12,085 nt of DNA. It comes from Fibrobacterales bacterium. GTDB taxonomy: Bacteria; Fibrobacterota; Fibrobacteria; Fibrobacterales; JAOPTW01. Location of the stretch: positions 1-12,085 of the forward strand of contig JAOPTX010000089.1 of the NCBI GenBank assembly GCA_051532055.1, read 5' to 3'. How positions within the stretch are numbered: position 1 is the stretch's first letter; every line of letters begins with the position of its first letter. Both the position numbers and the translations under genes were made by a program. Under the pieces are notes generated by a model that was given only the letters and a program-made list of their open reading frames with translations, had not been told where the DNA came from and did not search any database. This document shows, piece by piece, positions 8,037 through 12,085 of the stretch.

Positions 8037-8321
8037 GACATTGGCACACAATCTAGAGGGGCCGTGTGGGCTAAAATTTAAAAAAATATAATCACAGCTC
8101 TGGCAGTTCGTTGCATTTTTTAAAGCCCACCTGACAAGTAGACTGAATCACTGGGCTTTCATATTGCATGACATTGCTTTCCTTTTAATTTGAAAGCAAT
8201 ACTCGCTTTGCTCGTGTCATGCAATATTCAGCCCTTTAAGCAGCTCACCCTCCCTGAATGTGTAGTTTAGTCAGGTGTAGTGGCTATTTGCCCCTCTAGC
8301 TTGGCACCAACGTCTTACAAC
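8030..8321. other. ORF-less, highly structured cassette 5 (possible ncRNA, promoter cassette or structural ssDNA element)
   Basis: Bounded by the inverted repeat 8030-8044/8307-8321. No ORF of 60 aa or more. Multiple nested stems, e.g. ATATTGCATGACA 8161-8173 with TGTCATGCAATAT 8215-8227. Confidence 0.7.
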
Positions 8322-8383
8322 AACCGTAGCACGCAATAGTTTCTTTTAATATGAAACTACTGCGTACTCCGGCCACGTTGTGC
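8315..8383 (+). repeat. attC-like site 5 (69 bp, shortest)
   Basis: TTACAAC-AACCGTAGCACGCAATAGTTTC-loop-GAAACTACTGCGTACTCCGGCCAC-GTTGTGC. Confidence 0.8.
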
Positions 8384-8395
8384 AATATTATTCAG

Positions 8396-8422
8396 TGGGA
8401 GCAAATAGTCGCTTCGCTCCCA
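8396..8422 (-). terminator. Stem-loop just after the stop of the reverse-oriented cassette 6 gene; possible terminator
   Basis: TGGGAGC (8396-8402) pairs with GCTCCCA (8416-8422), 13 nt past the stop codon at 8436. No clear U-tract. Confidence 0.3.
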
Positions 8423-8435
8423 GTGATTTTAAAAT

Positions 8436-10631
8436 TTAATTGAGAAGTAGTGGAGTTATTATTGTGGGTACAATGTTTTTATTTATGTAACTTATGTTAT
8501 CTAAGTAACCATCTCCCATTGCCCATCTCAAAGTATGTTGACCAGCAGGTATGTCGATCGTTTCAGTAAACCAAACTCCATTTTGCCCCAGGTATTGCCT
8601 TTGTGTAAGTGGTTTTTCGATGTCATTAATTAAGAACTTAGTTTCAACAAATTCAGGACTTCTGTTTCTAGAGTTGTCAAGTGGACCTATAACATGAAAA
8701 TTATTTTGCATCCATCTAAATGATAATTCGCCAGGTCCATAAACCTCAGCAGATACATATTGAGGGTCTGCAAATAAGTGGTCACAATTGGTGTCGTAAC
8801 TGTAGTCAACAGTGTATCCTTGGTTGTATAAAGCCATTCCACCGGTGGCTCCTGGTACAGGTAAAAATTCGATTTTATCATCAATTGAAAATGATAGGTA
8901 GGAATTGTCTAAAACTTGGTTTACTGGCGAACTATATAAGTAATTTGGTTCGTAAATATAGGGAGGGATTCTATGTTCATCTACTAATTTGGTTTGATGA
9001 ACATCAACTTCATATTTAGTTATAAATTCATTATATTGTTTTTGTCCGTGTCCATCTGTATATTCAAATTTTAAATAGACATCCATCATCATCTTAGGGC
9101 GCCCTATCACAGAATTTGCATAACTAGAGTATGTTGGATCTATTGCGATTATTTTTATTTCATCAAAAGGTTTAAGTGGTACCTCATCATAATCAATTCC
9201 ATATTCATTATGTTGTAAAATGCCCCACATTTCGTATGGTAACTTTTGGTTAATGGGTAGAGGGGATCTTGGGATACCAGTACTTCTACTAATTTCAGAG
9301 CTCATTTTGAATTTGTATTTCGCGTTTACTAATTTGTTACCTGATTCTGGGTTAATAACTAAATTACCACCTCCTACTGGGTCTTGAACATGTATGTAGT
9401 GTGTGTTTGTTCCTTTAACAACCACAAGTGTAGCTTTAGGTAAATCCTTTAATTTAAACAGACCTAGTTTTTTAATTTCTTCAGATTTTGCAACGTAGGG
9501 AATTTCAGCTTGATTGTCATAATTTGTTCCTAATATTGGAACGCTTGATTCAAAAGGTGTTGGTGATATGTTTTGAATGTTACCATCCAACTGTACTTTT
9601 GATTCTTTAAAATTAATTGTTGTATGGCCAGCGTATCTAGCAACTTTTGTAATTAGGTCTAAACCTCCAATTTTTTCACTTAAATCATTTTCTGTGACTT
9701 TTTCTAGTTTTTCTCTGAGCTTATCATAATCACTTGAAAGAGGAAGCATTTTAACAAATTGATTTTTAATGCCGTCAAGAGCCATTCCACCAACAAAAGG
9801 AACTAAATAGTCTCCGGCTTTCTTTAGGCCTGTGCCGATTACACCGTTAAACAGATCGTCATTATCATTTGTTGGGATAGGTTCTTTTATTGTACCTGTC
9901 ATTTGGATGTCATCAATACGAACTTTATTGGTTTCAAAATGAAATATTAAAGATTCATCGGTAATATCTTTTTCTTGATAATCTAAAGGAATATCAAGTA
10001 CAAACCATTTTTTCACAATGTTTTTATTAAGTACTTTTTTCTCGAGAGGCATTGTTTGTGTGTTATAATGGTGAGGAAGTCCCCAGTTTTCAGGTAATGA
10101 AAACTCTCCATGTCCAAGAAAATAATGATGATTTGAAAATGTATCGATGTCTTTTTTAATGGCAACTCGACTCTCTAATGTTTGTGCCTCAGTATCATCT
10201 ATGTAGTTATAAATATAATAGCGAAGGAGACCACGATATTTATTATATAAGACAAAATATGGCACGGCTTCCCTTATACCATGTTTGGTAAAGTCATTAG
10301 GATCTGAGTAAACTTCACTATTAGTTGAGTAATCCTTAGAATCAGTAACAAAGATACGGCGCGTATAAAGTGTCCATCCGTCAAGATTGTTTTCGGTCTC
10401 TTTTAGGCTAAAGTAACTATTATATCCGTCTTTTATGGTAGGTTTCCCAGTTGATTCCATACTATAGACATCACCCTGGTATGAATTAAATTCGTTCCAC
10501 CAGTTTGAATCCCACCATTTCCAACTATGGGAAGGATCGTGGTTAGCAAGCATTGCATTTGGAGGAATATAACCTGCATTTACGAAAGTAATAAGTTGAG
10601 TGAGAATGAAAAATATTATTGCTTTTTTCAT
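8436..10631 (-). CDS. Large secreted hypothetical protein with C-terminal beta-sandwich domain and hydrophobic PxIIxPLLLN tail (cassette 6, reverse orientation)
   Basis: AAGGA RBS precedes ATG 10631, giving 731 aa with signal peptide MKKAIIFFILTQLITFVNA. The track start at 10745 lies within the cassette terminal repeat. C-terminal GPGELSFRW...IPAGQHTLRW pattern. Confidence 0.8.
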   Translation of the reverse strand: MKKAIIFFILTQLITFVNAGYIPPNAMLANHDPSHSWKWWDSNWWNEFNSYQGDVYSMESTGKPTIKDGYNSYFSLKETENNLDGWTLYTRRIFVTDSKDYSTNSEVYSDPNDFTKHGIREAVPYFVLYNKYRGLLRYYIYNYIDDTEAQTLESRVAIKKDIDTFSNHHYFLGHGEFSLPENWGLPHHYNTQTMPLEKKVLNKNIVKKWFVLDIPLDYQEKDITDESLIFHFETNKVRIDDIQMTGTIKEPIPTNDNDDLFNGVIGTGLKKAGDYLVPFVGGMALDGIKNQFVKMLPLSSDYDKLREKLEKVTENDLSEKIGGLDLITKVARYAGHTTINFKESKVQLDGNIQNISPTPFESSVPILGTNYDNQAEIPYVAKSEEIKKLGLFKLKDLPKATLVVVKGTNTHYIHVQDPVGGGNLVINPESGNKLVNAKYKFKMSSEISRSTGIPRSPLPINQKLPYEMWGILQHNEYGIDYDEVPLKPFDEIKIIAIDPTYSSYANSVIGRPKMMMDVYLKFEYTDGHGQKQYNEFITKYEVDVHQTKLVDEHRIPPYIYEPNYLYSSPVNQVLDNSYLSFSIDDKIEFLPVPGATGGMALYNQGYTVDYSYDTNCDHLFADPQYVSAEVYGPGELSFRWMQNNFHVIGPLDNSRNRSPEFVETKFLINDIEKPLTQRQYLGQNGVWFTETIDIPAGQHTLRWAMGDGYLDNISYINKNIVPTIITPLLLN

Positions 10632-10746
10632 ATATATCCTTAAAGATTTGTTATTAGTATGTGTATTAGACGAATATGGTACTTGAATTGGGAATTTTTT
10701 TTCAAATCCGCTTCGCGCGATAAAGATACTCCCACTGAATAACATC

Positions 10747-10928
10747 GCACAACAGCCGAAGCAAGCAATTAACCTCTCCTCAATTCGTGTAGTTCAGCCG
10801 GTCGCTACGCTCCTCGGATTCACTACAACCCAAGCAAAGCCTGGAACTTATTGAGTCGTTTTGCTTCGCCATTTTCCTGAAAATGAAAATGACGGCAATT
10901 AACTGCTTACGTTCGGCAAGCGTTGAGT
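10747..10928 (+). repeat. attC-like site 6 (182 bp, long branched type)
   Basis: GCACAAC-AGCCGAAGCAAGCAATTAA...TTAACTGCTTACGTTCGGCAAGC-GTTGAGT. Shares TTCAGCCGGTCGCT and ACCCAAGCAAAGC with site 4. Confidence 0.78.
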
Positions 10929-11077
10929 ACAATACCAAAGAGCGAGACAGTATTTTAAGATATGAAGTATAGATCTGTATTTTAGATATATCGTTTTGAG
11001 GTATTCTTATGATAATACGCCAATATAATCCTAATTGATTTCTATAATTGATGGTGATTTTATGAAGTGAGTTCACT

Positions 11078-11896
11078 ATGTTAATTAGGTTTGTATTAAT
11101 AGTTATATGTGTTTTAACCATGAGTTGTTTTAAATCTGAGTCTGATTTGGGTGTAACTCAGGATACCGGAATACGCTTTAATTTTTTTGATTTGCCAAAT
11201 AATTATTTGGATAGTCTAAAATCAACATTGGAAAGTAATGATATAAATCAGTTAAATGATGTAGGATTAAAAAATTTACAGGTGTTTATTGAAAACAGTA
11301 TTATACAAGGAACTAGGTCAAATAATATATTAGGTAACTATTTTTGGTCTGTGCTCTATAATTTACCGGAATTTGTTGAGGAAAAGAATAACGGCTATTA
11401 CTGGGAATCCGAAAAACAGTTGATAAATGAAAAACTTAAATCTTATGCAATTTATCGTATAGCAAGAGATCAGAAAAATATTACAAGAATCTACGAAATA
11501 TTTAAACCATGGGTGGAATCTTTAGTTAGTAAAGAGTATGCAGATTCAATTGGTGTAACAAGTTTTATAACTCAACGAATTAGAGTACTTGATACTCTTC
11601 AAAAACTAGACTTTAAGAATCCATTCGATAATGTTAGTAATTTTTTAGATTCCGCGACTGGGGTATGGCGGCAAGTAGAAAATTCACATTATTATGACAC
11701 TGTAACAAATGGTAATGCTATGACTGCTGATGAATTGAACTATATGTTATATCAGGAGTTGGTAAAGTATAATACATCTTTTGAAGTTGTAAATTTGACG
11801 GGGTATGACTTTTGGTTTAGGAGATATCGGGAAGATAATATTGACGTGGTATATTCAATATTAAAAGATTTAGAACAATTGTTTTCTGATGAATGA
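11078..11896 (+). CDS. Hypothetical lipoprotein (cassette 7)
   Basis: 272 aa. MLIRFVLIVICVLTMSC lipoprotein-type signal. Probably helical, no recognised domain. Confidence 0.8.
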   Translation: MLIRFVLIVICVLTMSCFKSESDLGVTQDTGIRFNFFDLPNNYLDSLKSTLESNDINQLNDVGLKNLQVFIENSIIQGTRSNNILGNYFWSVLYNLPEFVEEKNNGYYWESEKQLINEKLKSYAIYRIARDQKNITRIYEIFKPWVESLVSKEYADSIGVTSFITQRIRVLDTLQKLDFKNPFDNVSNFLDSATGVWRQVENSHYYDTVTNGNAMTADELNYMLYQELVKYNTSFEVVNLTGYDFWFRRYREDNIDVVYSILKDLEQLFSDE

Positions 11897-11995
11897 CTTT
11901 TAGTTTTATATGAACTGTGTGAATTTTCATATATACTATTAAATATCGAGTTATCTATCATGAATATCACAGCTTCGCATGCTCTTTGGTACTAT

Positions 11996-12072
11996 ACTCA
12001 ACAAGCATAGCAGTCAACGTTTTTTCTATGCACTGAAGTGCAAAAACGCTGCCAACTCTGCAGACGTTGGTG
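11996..12072 (+). repeat. attC-like site 7 (77 bp, family A)
   Basis: ACTCAAC...GTTGGTG, near-identical to site 1. It is followed by GTTG-GTGGAC-AT, the start of an 8th cassette. Confidence 0.85.
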
Positions 12073-12085
12073 GACATAGGAATGG

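Larger units (their letters stand above)
132..12085 (+). mobile_element. Integron-like gene cassette array: 7 complete cassettes (133-1532, 1533-3481, 3482-6372, 6373-8030, 8031-8377, 8378-10922, 10923-12066) plus the start of an 8th
   Basis: Seven co-oriented CAAC...GTTG hairpin sites separate unrelated genes. For each cassette the sequence after GTT matches the reverse complement of the sequence before the AAC at the far end of the same cassette, not that of the adjacent site. This is the signature of units recombined at G/TT. Confidence 0.85.

Noticed and set aside
8030..8321. Cassette 5 as a tRNA or retron msr-msd
   Set aside because: No tRNA cloverleaf or T-loop consensus was recognised, and there is no reverse transcriptase in the window.
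8687..9019. ORFs 8687-8884 and 8720-9019
   Set aside because: Both are nested in the 731-aa gene, in another frame or on the other strand.
10632..10745. 38-aa N-terminal extension of the cassette 6 ORF
   Set aside because: The upstream ATG lies in the terminal repeat. The RBS and signal peptide support ATG 10631.
10780..11970. Minus-strand ORFs 10780-11121 and 11752-11970
   Set aside because: They overlap site 6 and/or the cassette 7 gene in antisense, with no coding evidence.
132..12002. Inverted-repeat-bounded units as IS elements or MITEs
   Set aside because: No transposase and no target-site duplications are seen, each unit has a different repeat, and all abut the same hairpin spacer class.
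1462..12072. Repeats as a CRISPR array
   Set aside because: Repeats are 69-185 bp, divergent, and separated by 0.3-2.8 kb of mostly coding DNA. No cas genes are present.

Overview
AT-rich window, probably from a Fibrobacterota-type genome (inferred from a TIGR02147-like gene paired with a lipoprotein). The whole window is organised as an integron-like gene cassette array. A divergent gene with a strong Shine-Dalgarno starts at 50 and runs off the left edge (candidate recombinase, identity not visible). It is followed by a lone attI-like core site (GTTG at 132), seven complete cassettes of 0.35-2.9 kb, and the start of an eighth. Cassettes are separated by seven imperfectly palindromic attC-like sites (69-185 bp) with consensus AC-N6-CAACA-N5-AGCANNCAA...CTGCNNAC-N9-12-GTTG-N6-AT, which departs from canonical attC geometry. 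Each cassette is bounded by its own inverted repeat of 12-25 bp, and all seven carry the same A/G mismatch at position 11. Cargo is almost entirely secreted proteins and lipoproteins. Two cassettes are reverse-oriented, one holds a two-gene operon, and one is ORF-less and highly structured. All alignments were done by eye; no database searches were run.
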